DNA of 64,000 bases, taken from the NCBI GenBank assembly GCA_963676795.2, contig CAXXTB010000002.1:320001-384000 (forward strand). Direction: 5' to 3'. The position numbers and the translations under genes were made by a program. The notes under the pieces were generated by a model. The model did no database searches, was not told the origin of the DNA, and saw nothing but the letters and a program-made list of their open reading frames with translations. Shown here piece after piece: positions 49,909 to 60,208 of this stretch. Source of the stretch: Geopsychrobacteraceae bacterium. Its GTDB lineage: Bacteria; Desulfobacterota; Desulfuromonadia; Desulfuromonadales; Geopsychrobacteraceae. Within the stretch, counting starts at the first letter, position 1. Every line of letters begins with the position of its first letter.

Positions 49909-50868
49909 ATGACCGAAAGAGAAAATGCTTTGTTGGCAATGGCCCATAAGGAGCCAATGTGGGTTCCCAGTGTGTTTGATTGCGCCATGTTGTGCCCGGA
50001 CTTTATTAATGAAAGACCGATCTTCGAAACAGGGTACGACTGTTTTGGTGTTCATTGGTTGGCAACAGGCAAAGAGTCGGGCGGGATTACCCATGTCGAT
50101 CCACATGTGCCACCGGTTCTAGACGATGTCTGTGATTGGAGAGAGAAGGTTATGTTCCCTGATCTTGATGAAATTGACTGGAACGCCGCGGCAAAAGTTG
50201 CAGCTGATTTCGATCGCGAAAACAAGCTGGTTATGTATATGTCCAATCTGGGGGTTTTCGAGAGGACTCATACTCTCATGTCTTTTGAAGATGCTCTGTG
50301 TGCTTTTATGGAAGAGCCTGAAGAGATGACGGCTCTGATTGACGCGATTGCCGACCACAAGGTCAGGGCTTACGAGCTCATGCACAAGCATTGCAACCTC
50401 GATGTTATTATGTATCACGATGACTGGGGAACGCAGAACGGTCCCCTGCTTCCTCACTCCGTCTGGGAGGAGATTGTCAAGCCTGCAACCAAAAGAGTTT
50501 ATGACAAGGTAAAGTCTCTGGGCATTTATCTTACCCATCATAGTTGTGGAAAGATTGAACAATATGTTCCTGAAATGATCGCCCTTGGTGCTGATGGTTG
50601 GGCATCTTGTCAGAGTTGTAATGATCTTGGTGCGTTAAAGAAGCAATATGGTGACAAGATTGCTTTCTGGGGGGCTCTCGATGATCAGCATGTTCTTGGC
50701 AACCCTGCAACTACAGACGAGGGCCTTTTTGCTGAGGCTAAGAAAAAGGTTGAAATGCTCGCCGAGGGCGGTGGTTGGTTGGCCGGCCCTGCTGCCTACA
50801 CGTCTTTTATCTTTCCGCAAGACAGAAAATGCGAAGCCATGATCAAGGAAATGACCTTGAAAAACTAA
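49909..50868 (+). CDS. UroD-fold methyltransferase (O-demethylase MT-I-like), copy 2
   Basis: Same length (319 aa) and motifs as 48812-49771; tandem paralog. Confidence 0.75.
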   Translation: MTERENALLAMAHKEPMWVPSVFDCAMLCPDFINERPIFETGYDCFGVHWLATGKESGGITHVDPHVPPVLDDVCDWREKVMFPDLDEIDWNAAAKVAADFDRENKLVMYMSNLGVFERTHTLMSFEDALCAFMEEPEEMTALIDAIADHKVRAYELMHKHCNLDVIMYHDDWGTQNGPLLPHSVWEEIVKPATKRVYDKVKSLGIYLTHHSCGKIEQYVPEMIALGADGWASCQSCNDLGALKKQYGDKIAFWGALDDQHVLGNPATTDEGLFAEAKKKVEMLAEGGGWLAGPAAYTSFIFPQDRKCEAMIKEMTLKN

Positions 50869-50890
50869 TTTGTTTTGACGGAAGTTGAAT

Positions 50891-52450
50891 ATGAAAGATT
50901 CAATTTTGGTAAGGCTTACGGGACGACAAGAACAGACACTGCTTGACGTCATTCGGCAAAATCAGGTTTACATACTGGCGCCCTGCAGTGGCGAGGGCGT
51001 CTGCGGGAAGTGTCGTGTCAGGGTGTCGGCAGGTGCCGACACCCTGCATTCGCCGACCCATGAAGAAAAGCAGTTCCTCTCTGCTGCGGATCTTCAGTCG
51101 GGTGTCAGGCTTGCCTGCTTTGCCAGGTTCGGGACCGATGGTTCTGTGACTCTGGCAGAGACTGAAGAAATCTTCTCTGTCCCTTCATTCGATTTCGAGA
51201 TACCTGACTACACCTTCACTAATACAGAGCAGCCTCTTGTCGCTGCGATCGATATTGGAACAACTACCATAGCTGTCGCTCTGTTTGACCGTGCTCAGAA
51301 GTCGTTGTTGAAAGTCATATCTTCAACAAACGTTCTGAGAAGCTTCGGTGCGGATGTCTTAAGCCGTATCAAGTATATCGACAGCGATTTGACACGCATG
51401 AAAAACCTCCAGGAGCTGTTGGTTCATCAGCTGCAGCAATTAATAGAAACCTTGGCAGTAGAGGCCGGGCATCGGCTTGATGAGCTCGAAAAAATTTGCG
51501 TTTGCGCTAACACAACAATGCTCCATTTTTTGACCGGAGAAAATCCTGCCGGTTTGGGGTGTTTTCCTTTTAGACCCGTCTTTCTGGATGCCCGCTCCTA
51601 TTTGCCAGACCAACTAGGGTTTTCATTGCCGCAGGACTGTAAGATCGACCTGTTGCCCGGGATATCTGCTTTTGTTGGGGCTGATATCGTGGCGGGAGTT
51701 CTTGCGACTAATATGCAACAGTCTCAGGCTCCCGAATTGCTGATTGATGTCGGGACAAACGGCGAAATGGTTTTGTCTGCCAACGGCGTTCTCTATTCGA
51801 CCTCCACCGCTGCTGGTCCGGCATTTGAAGGTGGCCATATCGAATGCGGCTGCCCCGGCATTCCTGGTGCAGTCAATCAGGTGAGTTGGGACGGGTCCGA
51901 ATTCGCTTACCACACGATCGATGAAAAACGTCCAATTGGTTTTTGTGGAACCGGTCTGATTGACTGCCTGGCCGCACTGTTAAAAGCTGAAGTTATCGAT
52001 GAAACAGGTTCGCTTGACCTTGAAGACGGTTCGAGTGATTTCTTCCTGGATAAAGACAGTGCTGTCTACCTGACTCAGAAGGATATCCGCCAGTTGCAAC
52101 TGGCCAAGGGGGCCATGGCAGCCGGCATTCAGGTGCTGTGCAACAATGCGGGCATTGAACCTGAAACGATAAGCAGGGTCTATCTGGCTGGTGGTTTTGG
52201 TTCTTTCCTGAAGGCGGATTCCGCTTGTGCTATTGGGCTTTTCCCTGCTTCTTTGATCGATCGCACTCTGTCTATTGGCAATTCGGCTCTTAAGGGAGCA
52301 TTGCATTACGCACTGGTTGAAAGCAATTCATCAGTCGCTGTTCAGATTGTTGCACAGTCACATTCGGTTGATCTGTCTTCGGATCCCGATTTTCAAGATG
52401 AATATGTTGAACAGATGCTGTTCCCAGAGGGTGATTATGTCCTATCTTGA
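50891..52450 (+). CDS. ATP-dependent reductive activator of corrinoid proteins (RACo/ASKHA, N-terminal 2Fe-2S)
   Basis: PCSGEGVCGKC...RLAC, DIGTTT, FGADVLSR, DVGTNGE, AGPAFEG, QLAKGA and AGGFG. Confidence 0.92.
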   Translation: MKDSILVRLTGRQEQTLLDVIRQNQVYILAPCSGEGVCGKCRVRVSAGADTLHSPTHEEKQFLSAADLQSGVRLACFARFGTDGSVTLAETEEIFSVPSFDFEIPDYTFTNTEQPLVAAIDIGTTTIAVALFDRAQKSLLKVISSTNVLRSFGADVLSRIKYIDSDLTRMKNLQELLVHQLQQLIETLAVEAGHRLDELEKICVCANTTMLHFLTGENPAGLGCFPFRPVFLDARSYLPDQLGFSLPQDCKIDLLPGISAFVGADIVAGVLATNMQQSQAPELLIDVGTNGEMVLSANGVLYSTSTAAGPAFEGGHIECGCPGIPGAVNQVSWDGSEFAYHTIDEKRPIGFCGTGLIDCLAALLKAEVIDETGSLDLEDGSSDFFLDKDSAVYLTQKDIRQLQLAKGAMAAGIQVLCNNAGIEPETISRVYLAGGFGSFLKADSACAIGLFPASLIDRTLSIGNSALKGALHYALVESNSSVAVQIVAQSHSVDLSSDPDFQDEYVEQMLFPEGDYVLS

Positions 52451-53201
52451 TCAATCTGACGTTATTCCTCGTTATAAATTCATCTGCTGTGAAATCTTAT
52501 TTCGTGAAGCATGTCAAGTTATGGCGACATGTGAGTCGATCATTGACCCTGTTTTTCTGCCTAAAGCATTGCACGACGTTGGCGCTGAATCCATGTCGTC
52601 AAGAATTCAACGTTGCATTGATGATGTCGAAGTTGACAGGTACGATGCGATTCTTCTTGGCTACGGCCTCTGTAATAATGGGGTCGAGGGTTTAAAGGCC
52701 AACATCCCTTTGGTTATTCCCCGGGTTCATGATTGTATTGGACTTCTTATGGGGGCTTGTGAAGCTTACCTTGAATATTTCCAGTGCAATCCCGGTACTT
52801 TTTTCAAATCCCCGGGGTGGGTTGAAAGAGATATAGATCCGAACAGTCACTCTCAAAGCATTACATCAAAGCTTGGAATGGACTATGACATCGATAAGCT
52901 CACACAGCTTTACGGTGAGGAAAACGCTGATTTTCTGAAAGAAACTCTCGGTGACTGGCTGACAAATTATCAAAAAATCACCTACATCGATACGGGCACA
53001 GGAAATGCCGAAAAATTAATCGGACTCTCAAAGGAAAGAGCCGTATCTCAGAAATTAGATTTTGAAGTCGTTAAGGGGAGCCTCTCCCTGATTGACAAAC
53101 TCTTTTCTGGACAATGGCAGGCTGACGAGTTTTTAGTTTTACCCCCTGACCAGCCTATTGAAGTCTCCCATGATGAAAAAATTTTCTGTAACCGCTGGTA
53201 A
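52437..53201 (+). CDS. DUF1638-family protein (corrinoid-cluster associated)
   Basis: ICCEILFRE, LHD, LGYGLCNNG, PRVHDCI and PGTFF; overlaps the RACo stop. Confidence 0.8.
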   Translation: MSYLDQSDVIPRYKFICCEILFREACQVMATCESIIDPVFLPKALHDVGAESMSSRIQRCIDDVEVDRYDAILLGYGLCNNGVEGLKANIPLVIPRVHDCIGLLMGACEAYLEYFQCNPGTFFKSPGWVERDIDPNSHSQSITSKLGMDYDIDKLTQLYGEENADFLKETLGDWLTNYQKITYIDTGTGNAEKLIGLSKERAVSQKLDFEVVKGSLSLIDKLFSGQWQADEFLVLPPDQPIEVSHDEKIFCNRW

Positions 53202-53584
53202 GTCAGTCTATGCAACAAAAACAGGTGTATACCCCGACAATGGCTAGTTCCGTACCTGTGATCGCTAAATAATTGTGTGATTCTCATAGATTGTTTCAAT
53301 CTCTGTAGCTCCAGATTGACCCGATAATTGGCACCCCTGTTATGCTCTTTTGTCGGGGAGATTTGGCTATGTAGTAAATTGCTGCTGTCGCTCAGACCGT
53401 TGAGGTTTGCTGCGTCAGCGGTTTTTTATCGGATGATCCATAACTACGAAGCATATTAGTCATTACTATTATGAATTGGCGCCAATAGTTGAAAATGTAT
53501 ATGTTTTACGGATTCGATATATGATCGACCAGTAACTGTAGCGCCTGACAATATCATGCAACATTTTTTGGGGGAGGGACTGTG

Positions 53585-54640
53585 ATGGGTCTTCGTTGGG
53601 AAAGGTTATGTGTTTCGATGGTTGCTGTTTGCCTTTGTCTGGTTCTGTATACGAACCAGGCTTCAGCCGAACCATTGAGATTGGTCTTTATGAATTACTT
53701 TGATTCCGAAAATCCACATACAAAAGTTATGCAAGCATGGATAAACGACCTGGAAAAACGCTTTTCCGGTAGAATCAAAATTAATTTTTCACATGAATCA
53801 AAAGTCATTAGTGCTCCGCAGACCTATAGTGCAGTAAGGCACGGCTATGTTGATATCGGTATTACTGCGCTGCAGTATACAAGGAGTCTGTTTCCGGTTA
53901 TGGAAGTTGTTTCACTCCCTCTTGGATTTTCAGACAGTGGCATAAATACAGCAGTTGTCAATGAGGTTTATGACAAGTTCAAGCCTGCGGAATTTGATCA
54001 GGTTAAAGTACTTTACTTCATGCCGTCTGGACCTGCGTATTTTCACACTAAAGGGTATTCTGTTCAATCTTTTGACGATTTAAAAGGTCGACATATCCAT
54101 TCGAACGGGGCTTTTGATAAGAGCTTGTCTGCATTTGGAGTTACCCATGTCTCTATTCCCATGACTCGGCTCCCCGGCGCTCTTGAAAAAGGAACCATTA
54201 CAGGCGGGCAATGGGATTTTTCTGCCAGTTATAACTGGCACCTTGCTCAGTATGTTGATTACGATATTGTCTGTGACGAAATAGCCAGCTCGGCAGGTCT
54301 GTTTGTCTTTATGAACAAGCAGGCATGGGAAGAGCTGGATCCGGATATTCGAAACTACATTGAGCAAAAAAGACCGATGTGGGCGGCGAACCACGGTAGG
54401 GCATGGGCTGCAGGCGATGCCCGCGGGCTGGCTTACAGTCAATCCCAGGGGAATACGATCATCAAGGTGACACCTGAGGAGGGGGCGAAGTGGCGTTCTG
54501 CACTGCAGGGTGCGATTGATGACTACATTTTGAAAACGGAGAGCCTCGGTCTGCCTGGGCGCGATGTCGTCAACTTCGTTGAAAAGAGACTTGGTGAAGC
54601 GAAAAAAGGTGATTTTGTAAGTGAGTACATTTTGAATTAG
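53585..54640 (+). CDS. TRAP transporter substrate-binding protein (DctP)
   Basis: Signal peptide, SGRIKI, AVRHGYVDIG, FPVMEVVSLP, DLKG and FMNKQAWEEL. Confidence 0.85.
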   Translation: MGLRWERLCVSMVAVCLCLVLYTNQASAEPLRLVFMNYFDSENPHTKVMQAWINDLEKRFSGRIKINFSHESKVISAPQTYSAVRHGYVDIGITALQYTRSLFPVMEVVSLPLGFSDSGINTAVVNEVYDKFKPAEFDQVKVLYFMPSGPAYFHTKGYSVQSFDDLKGRHIHSNGAFDKSLSAFGVTHVSIPMTRLPGALEKGTITGGQWDFSASYNWHLAQYVDYDIVCDEIASSAGLFVFMNKQAWEELDPDIRNYIEQKRPMWAANHGRAWAAGDARGLAYSQSQGNTIIKVTPEEGAKWRSALQGAIDDYILKTESLGLPGRDVVNFVEKRLGEAKKGDFVSEYILN

Positions 54641-54672
54641 TCGATCATCAGTTCCTACTGGTGGGCAACCCG

Positions 54673-54710
54673 GTGCGTCAGCCTTATTGTGGCTGGCGCA
54701 TTATTTTTTT
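54673..54710 (+). terminator. Rho-independent terminator
   Basis: TGCGTCAGCC-loop-GGCTGGCGCA followed by TTATTTTTTT. Confidence 0.65.
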
Positions 54711-54816
54711 GAGATTGAGATCATAATGCTTTTCTGTTTTTTGGCAGGCGAAAAGCCGTCCCGTAAAAAACGACAGAACTGAAAGAACACAAAAGTATAG
54801 AAGGTAGGGAAACAAC

Positions 54817-56022
54817 ATGTCGATTGGAAAAATCGCAGCAGCACTTGAAGACATTCGTCAGGGAAAAATGGTTATCTTGGTTGACGATGAAGACAGGGAA
54901 AATGAAGGCGATCTTGTTGCTGCAGCTGAGTTGGTAACAGCGGAAACCATCAATTTTATGGCGACACATGGCCGAGGGCTGATCTGTTTGTCGCTCACGG
55001 AAGAGCGAGCTGATGAGTTAGAACTTCCCCTGATGAGCAGTGAGAATACCTCATCTTTTGGAACTGCATTTACCGTATCAATTGAAGCACGGCAGGGAGT
55101 CACGACAGGCATTTCTGCTTTTGACCGAGCTCATACCATTCGTGTGGCAGTTGATGATAGTTCGACCGCCCGTGATCTTGCCCGGCCCGGCCACATCTTC
55201 CCGCTACGGGCAAAAAGGGGGGGCGTCATGGCCAGAACCGGGCAGACTGAAGGCTCGGTGGATCTTGCCAGGTTGGCCGGGTTGAAGCCTGCCGGGGTTA
55301 TTTGTGAGATCATGAATGATGACGGGTTGATGGCCAGAATGCCGCAGCTTGAAATATTTGCGGCGAAGCATGACTTGAAAATTATCAGCGTTGCAGAACT
55401 CATCGCCTACAGGATGCGCAATGAGCAATTCATTGCGCGGGCCGCAGCAACAACCCTGCCGACAGCATATGGAGGCGACTTCAAGGTTGTTGCTTATGAA
55501 AATACTCTTGATGATGCGCAGCATCTTGCGCTGATCAAGGGGACGCTGGATCTGTCCCGGCCAGTTCTGGTCCGTGTGCATTCCGAATGTCTGACCGGTG
55601 ATGTCTTTGCGTCTCAGCGCTGCGATTGTGGTGAGCAACTTCAGGCAGCAATGGCTCTGATGGCCCAGGAAGGAGCAGGTGTTCTTATTTATCTGCGTCA
55701 GGAGGGGCGTGGTATCGGTCTGGTCAATAAGCTCAAGGCCTATGCCTTGCAGGATCAGGGTTATGACACCGTTGAGGCAAACCATGCCCTGGGTTTTGTC
55801 GCTGATCTGCGTGATTACGGCGTCGGAGCACAGATTCTAGCCGAAATCGGTATCAAGCAGATACGTTTGCTAACAAATAACCCGAAAAAAATCGTTGGAT
55901 TGGAAGGCTATGGGCTAGAGGTTGTTGAACGGATTCCCATCGAAATTACTCCTCAGAGTCACAACATAAAATACCTCAAGACAAAACGGGATAAGATCGG
56001 TCATTTCTTGCGTGGTTTATAG
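54817..56022 (+). CDS. ribBA: Bifunctional DHBP synthase / GTP cyclohydrolase II
   Basis: [44 protein letters not shown] and LLTNNP. Confidence 0.96.
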   Translation: MSIGKIAAALEDIRQGKMVILVDDEDRENEGDLVAAAELVTAETINFMATHGRGLICLSLTEERADELELPLMSSENTSSFGTAFTVSIEARQGVTTGISAFDRAHTIRVAVDDSSTARDLARPGHIFPLRAKRGGVMARTGQTEGSVDLARLAGLKPAGVICEIMNDDGLMARMPQLEIFAAKHDLKIISVAELIAYRMRNEQFIARAAATTLPTAYGGDFKVVAYENTLDDAQHLALIKGTLDLSRPVLVRVHSECLTGDVFASQRCDCGEQLQAAMALMAQEGAGVLIYLRQEGRGIGLVNKLKAYALQDQGYDTVEANHALGFVADLRDYGVGAQILAEIGIKQIRLLTNNPKKIVGLEGYGLEVVERIPIEITPQSHNIKYLKTKRDKIGHFLRGL

Positions 56023-56065
56023 CTGTGGAGATTTTTCATGGTCCTCTCGCCGACTCCCTTGAGCT

Positions 56066-56104
56066 ATTACAAATTGTCATGATTCCATAAGAAAAAGGCA
56101 TTAG
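56066..56104 (+). promoter_or_regulatory. Putative tandem LysR boxes upstream of the chemoreceptor
   Basis: ATTACAAATTGTCAT-GATTCC-ATAAGAAAAAGGCATTAG. The reverse complement begins CTAATGCCnnnnTCTTAT, as at 7153. Confidence 0.55.
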
Positions 56105-56180
56105 CCCCATTTTTCTTAAAATGTTAGTTTTTGCTAATCGAAAATTGTGTTGTTTGCTCGGTCAGAAAAGTGGGGAAAAT

Positions 56181-58304
56181 ATGAACAAGTTGTCACTGCG
56201 TATTCAGATACTTTTACCGGTTATCGTTTTAGTTGTCGTCGGCATGATAGCTGTCATCTTTACGGCAATGCGAACAACATCTGGACTCATTGAAAAAAAT
56301 ATCATCGAACACCTGGAAGAAACCACGCAAGGCATTGCGACTCAGATTGGGAACTGGGTTGTCGATATGAAAATTGATTTGCGGGTGTTCAGTGATTCAA
56401 GGGTTTTCTCCGATATCCTTGCTTATCAGAATGCCAGTAATGGAGCCTATGTTCAAAGAGCCAACTCGGCTCTCGCTGAGTACGTTGAACGCTATGATTA
56501 TTACGATGAGATTGTTCTGTTTGATAAAGAGGGGCTCTCGGTTGCGGCATCTGTTCCAGCCATAATCGGTAAAATCAACATCAAGGAAGACCCTTCCTTC
56601 CAGAAAAACTTGCAAGGGGAACAGACCATCAAGCGTGTCATGAAAAGCGTGTCGACTGGCAGGCCGATTTTCATCATTGCCTCCCCGGTGATGGTGAACG
56701 GCAAGGTTGCAGGAAGTCTTGCTGCTGCAGTGTCATTGAGCCGTTTTTCTGAAGAATCTATTTCAACGATCAAGGTCGGCCAGCAAGGCTATGTTTATCT
56801 GACCGATAGTAACGGTCTTGTGATCGCACACAAATTTCCTGAGCATATCCTGAAGACCAATATCAGGAATTTTGATTGGGGCAATAAGGTTCTTGAGAAG
56901 AAGCAGGGCATTATTAACTACCATACCAATGGTGATGACAAACTTACAGTTTACCGTACCGAGCCAATTACCGGTTGGTTTATCGGTGCAGAAGCCTTAA
57001 CAAAAGATCTCTTCGGTCCGCTGCGAAAGATGCAGATTAAAACCGATATTATTGCACTGATCGTTGTCATCATCATGATTCTTGTTATCGTTTGGACGAT
57101 CAGGCCTGTCATAGCTGCGCTTGTAAGAGGCGTAGACTTCGCCAGGGAGATTCAGGGCGGCGATCTAACCAACCGCCTTTGCTTCAATCGTGGTGATGAA
57201 ATTGGTCGACTTGGCGAGGCTCTCGATTCGATGGCCGACAGCTTGCAGCAGCGTGCAGAGTTGGCAGTAGCAATTGCCGCCGGAGATCTGACTCAGGATG
57301 TCGTCTTGAACTCAGAGAAAGATGTTCTTGGTCGGGGACTGAAAACAATGAGTGAGCGCCTTAACGAGATTCTCGAACAGATCAAACTGGCCAGCGAGCA
57401 GATCGACGCAGGTTCTAATCAGGTTTCCGATTCGGCCCAGGATCTTTCTCAGGGGGCGACCCAGCAGGCCTCAGCCATCGAGGAGATCGGTGCAAGTCTG
57501 AACGAACTTTCAGGTCAAACCAGGGGCAATGCCGAAAATGCTGCCACAGCCAATCAGTTGGCAGCCGCAGCCAGGACCGCGGCCCATGATGGCAGCAGCC
57601 AGATGCAGCAGATGGTTGCCGCAATGCGGGAAATCAACGAGTCGGGTCAGAATATCGGCAAGATCATCAAGACCATAGACGAGATTGCCTTTCAGACCAA
57701 CCTGTTGGCCTTGAATGCTGCCGTTGAGGCCGCTAGAGCAGGGCAACACGGCAAGGGCTTTGCCGTTGTCGCTGAAGAGGTGCGCAACCTGGCAGCGAGA
57801 AGCGCCAAAGCAGCTCAGGAAACCGCGGATCTGATCGAAGGTAGTATTGCCAAGGGCGTAAATGGAACCAATATCGCCAATGGTACTGCAACTGCCTTGG
57901 AAGAGATCGTCAGTGCTATCGGCAAGACTTCCGATCTGATTGCCGAGATCGCAGTATCATCACAGGAACAGGCCGATGGTTTGGCGCAGGTGAATAATGG
58001 TATCGGCCAGATCGACCAGGTCACTCAGCGCAATACCGCCGGTGCTGAGGAGAGCGCTGCGGCAGCTGAACAACTGTCCAGTCAATCATCTTATCTGCGT
58101 CAATTAATTGGTCAGTTCAAGCTCAAAGACCAGCGGCAGTATGGGGAGACGTCAATGGCCGGTCTGGAGATTTTGCAGACTGGCTCGATTTCAGTGAAAA
58201 ATCCTCGGTCAGAATTCGGGACTGATGTCGGCAATTGGGGACAGATTCCAGTTAAGCCTAGACCGGTTATCGCACTCAATGATGGCGAATTCGGTAGATA
58301 CTGA
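56181..58304 (+). CDS. Methyl-accepting chemotaxis protein (dCache sensor, HAMP)
   Basis: Two TM helices flanking a Cache domain, DEIGRL HAMP and [34 protein letters not shown]. Confidence 0.96.
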   Translation: MNKLSLRIQILLPVIVLVVVGMIAVIFTAMRTTSGLIEKNIIEHLEETTQGIATQIGNWVVDMKIDLRVFSDSRVFSDILAYQNASNGAYVQRANSALAEYVERYDYYDEIVLFDKEGLSVAASVPAIIGKINIKEDPSFQKNLQGEQTIKRVMKSVSTGRPIFIIASPVMVNGKVAGSLAAAVSLSRFSEESISTIKVGQQGYVYLTDSNGLVIAHKFPEHILKTNIRNFDWGNKVLEKKQGIINYHTNGDDKLTVYRTEPITGWFIGAEALTKDLFGPLRKMQIKTDIIALIVVIIMILVIVWTIRPVIAALVRGVDFAREIQGGDLTNRLCFNRGDEIGRLGEALDSMADSLQQRAELAVAIAAGDLTQDVVLNSEKDVLGRGLKTMSERLNEILEQIKLASEQIDAGSNQVSDSAQDLSQGATQQASAIEEIGASLNELSGQTRGNAENAATANQLAAAARTAAHDGSSQMQQMVAAMREINESGQNIGKIIKTIDEIAFQTNLLALNAAVEAARAGQHGKGFAVVAEEVRNLAARSAKAAQETADLIEGSIAKGVNGTNIANGTATALEEIVSAIGKTSDLIAEIAVSSQEQADGLAQVNNGIGQIDQVTQRNTAGAEESAAAAEQLSSQSSYLRQLIGQFKLKDQRQYGETSMAGLEILQTGSISVKNPRSEFGTDVGNWGQIPVKPRPVIALNDGEFGRY

Positions 58305-58313
58305 AATTTGCCA

Positions 58314-58358
58314 GTCGTATTCCGGGGCTTCTCCCCCATGGAGCTCCGGAATATCGAC
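58314..58358. terminator. Hairpin between convergent genes
   Basis: TATTCCGGGGCT...AGCTCCGGAATA stem. Confidence 0.5.
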
Positions 58359-58417
58359 AATGTCATTTGCAAACGACTGACTGATGGTTTCAGGGTTGGT
58401 GATGGCCATTAATTTAG

Positions 58418-59947
58418 TCAAACGGTTCGGCCGAACTTGATCCCCAGCTTACGCATTCTTGCCCGCAGTGTGCTTGGATTGATTTCGAGGATTTCAGCAG
58501 CACCTTCCGGGCCGTGAATTTTGCCACCAGTGCTTTCCAGAACCGAGATAATATGCGTAGCTATGACCCTGTCGAGACTTGTCGGCAACTCCTCGTCTGC
58601 AGACGTTGGGTCCTTGATTCTGGTGTTTTTCTTTTGAGGGAATAATGAGGCAAAGGTCAATGGCCCATCCTGCCGAAGGATCAGTTCTCTCTCCACCAGG
58701 TTCTCCAATTCCCGGACATTTCCGGGCCAGTCATAGTTTCTGAGCCTCTCCAGGGCGCCGGGCGCAATTTCAGGCTCGGGGGCAATCCCCAGTTCACGGC
58801 TTTTGGAAATGACAAAGTGTTTTGCCAGGGCCGGAATATCCTCTTTGCGTTGTCGTAATGGCGGGACCATGATCGGAAAGACATTGAGCCTGAACCATAG
58901 GTCTTCCCGAAAGCTTTTGTCCGCTACCATGCTTTCCAGGTTGCGGTGTGTCGCTGCAATGACCCTGACATCGACGGCAACGGGCTTCTCTCCTCCGACA
59001 CGCTCAATTTCACGGTTTTGTAATACCCGCAGCAGTCGCACCTGGGCCTGTAGTGGTAATTCGCCTATCTCGTCAAGGAAAATGGTTCCCCCATTCGCCC
59101 TTTCAAAGCGACCGCGTTTAGCATTGACAGCGCCTGTAAAAGCCCCTTTTTCATGACCGAACAATTCGCTGTCAATGAGGTTCTCGGGGATGGCACCACA
59201 GTTTACCTTGATAAATGGACCGTCCTTGCGTTTGGATGCGAAATGAATAGCGTTGGCTATGACTTCCTTGCCGGTTCCTGTCTCTCCCAATAGTAACAAC
59301 GTGCTGGAGCGCAGAGCGACTTGCTGGACCATGTTCATAACGTTGCTCAAGCCTGAGTTGCCGCCGACGACATTATTCTCCACATGCGGCAACAGTTCAC
59401 GGCTCAGAAAGCGATTGTCATCAATAAGCATTTCTCTGAGCTTAACCTCTGATTCGTGTGCCAGAGCATTATTCAGGGCAATGGCGAAAGGTTCGGCAAC
59501 TGTGGCAAGCAAGTCGATATGTTCGGCAGTATATTTGTCATCACCACGAGCGCGGAATACCAGGAATCCAATGAGGTTGTCTTCGATGCGCAAGGGGAGC
59601 GTCAGGTCGCTGTATCCATGCAGTTTGATGAGCGAGGCAAAAATACGAATGGGTTCGTCCTGAATTGACGAGGTGGTCAGTGTGAAAGGGTGTCTTAACC
59701 CCTTCATCCATTCCCAGATCCCCTCAGGAAGCGGGAGGATTTCTTCCGGTTTTACATTTTTGACTGTAGCAAAGGCGATAAGTCGGGTCGCACCGAGATT
59801 TTTGTCCAGAATGTGCAGCGACATATAATCAAGTGGGAAAAACTTGCGCATGTATTCAAACGCTCTGCCAAAAGCAGTGTTGAGCTCGAGACTGCTGCAA
59901 ATTCTCAGGGTCGCTTCACGGAAAAATTCATCTTTATTTATACGCAT
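58418..59947 (-). CDS. Sigma54-dependent enhancer-binding protein (GAF, AAA+, Fis HTH)
   Basis: GETGTGKE, GAFTGA and WPGNVRELEN. Start MRINKDEFFREAT aligns with the start of the paralog at 27472. Confidence 0.93.
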   Translation of the reverse strand: MRINKDEFFREATLRICSSLELNTAFGRAFEYMRKFFPLDYMSLHILDKNLGATRLIAFATVKNVKPEEILPLPEGIWEWMKGLRHPFTLTTSSIQDEPIRIFASLIKLHGYSDLTLPLRIEDNLIGFLVFRARGDDKYTAEHIDLLATVAEPFAIALNNALAHESEVKLREMLIDDNRFLSRELLPHVENNVVGGNSGLSNVMNMVQQVALRSSTLLLLGETGTGKEVIANAIHFASKRKDGPFIKVNCGAIPENLIDSELFGHEKGAFTGAVNAKRGRFERANGGTIFLDEIGELPLQAQVRLLRVLQNREIERVGGEKPVAVDVRVIAATHRNLESMVADKSFREDLWFRLNVFPIMVPPLRQRKEDIPALAKHFVISKSRELGIAPEPEIAPGALERLRNYDWPGNVRELENLVERELILRQDGPLTFASLFPQKKNTRIKDPTSADEELPTSLDRVIATHIISVLESTGGKIHGPEGAAEILEINPSTLRARMRKLGIKFGRTV

Positions 59948-60101
59948 AATTTCTGATTTGAGTCGCTGTTTGAGAATAGGGGGCCACCATATTTGACAAT
60001 CCATGACCGGCTTGCCAAGTATGATAATTTTAGTTGTCATATTTGACAAGAACGATTTCCTTAAGGAACGCAAGTGCCTATTTTGTATGGTTTCTTGGTT
60101 T

Positions 60102-60117
60102 TGGCATGGTGGTTGCT
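60102..60117 (+). promoter_or_regulatory. Sigma54 promoter
   Basis: TGGCATGGTGGTTGCT with GG-N10-GC, divergent from the activator gene. Confidence 0.72.
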
Positions 60118-60208
60118 TTATAAATAACTATCACTTCGAATCTCTGTCTGGAAGAGATTCAGAACCTTGCCTTGATTGCAAGTAACGTAAAACTTATGGA
60201 GTAGATTC

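Noticed and set aside
47715..50868. hemE (uroporphyrinogen decarboxylase) calls
   Set aside because: No RQAGR motif. The HxC metal motifs and corrinoid/RACo context indicate methyltransferases.
53328..53345. Additional sigma54 promoters (TGGCAC here; TGGCA near 28176, 39757 and 46979)
   Set aside because: The GG-to-GC spacing is not 10 nt.
54641..54816. FMN riboswitch upstream of ribBA
   Set aside because: Only a vague TTCCTACTGGTGG word is present; the conserved RFN core is absent and the hairpin is explained as the dctP terminator.
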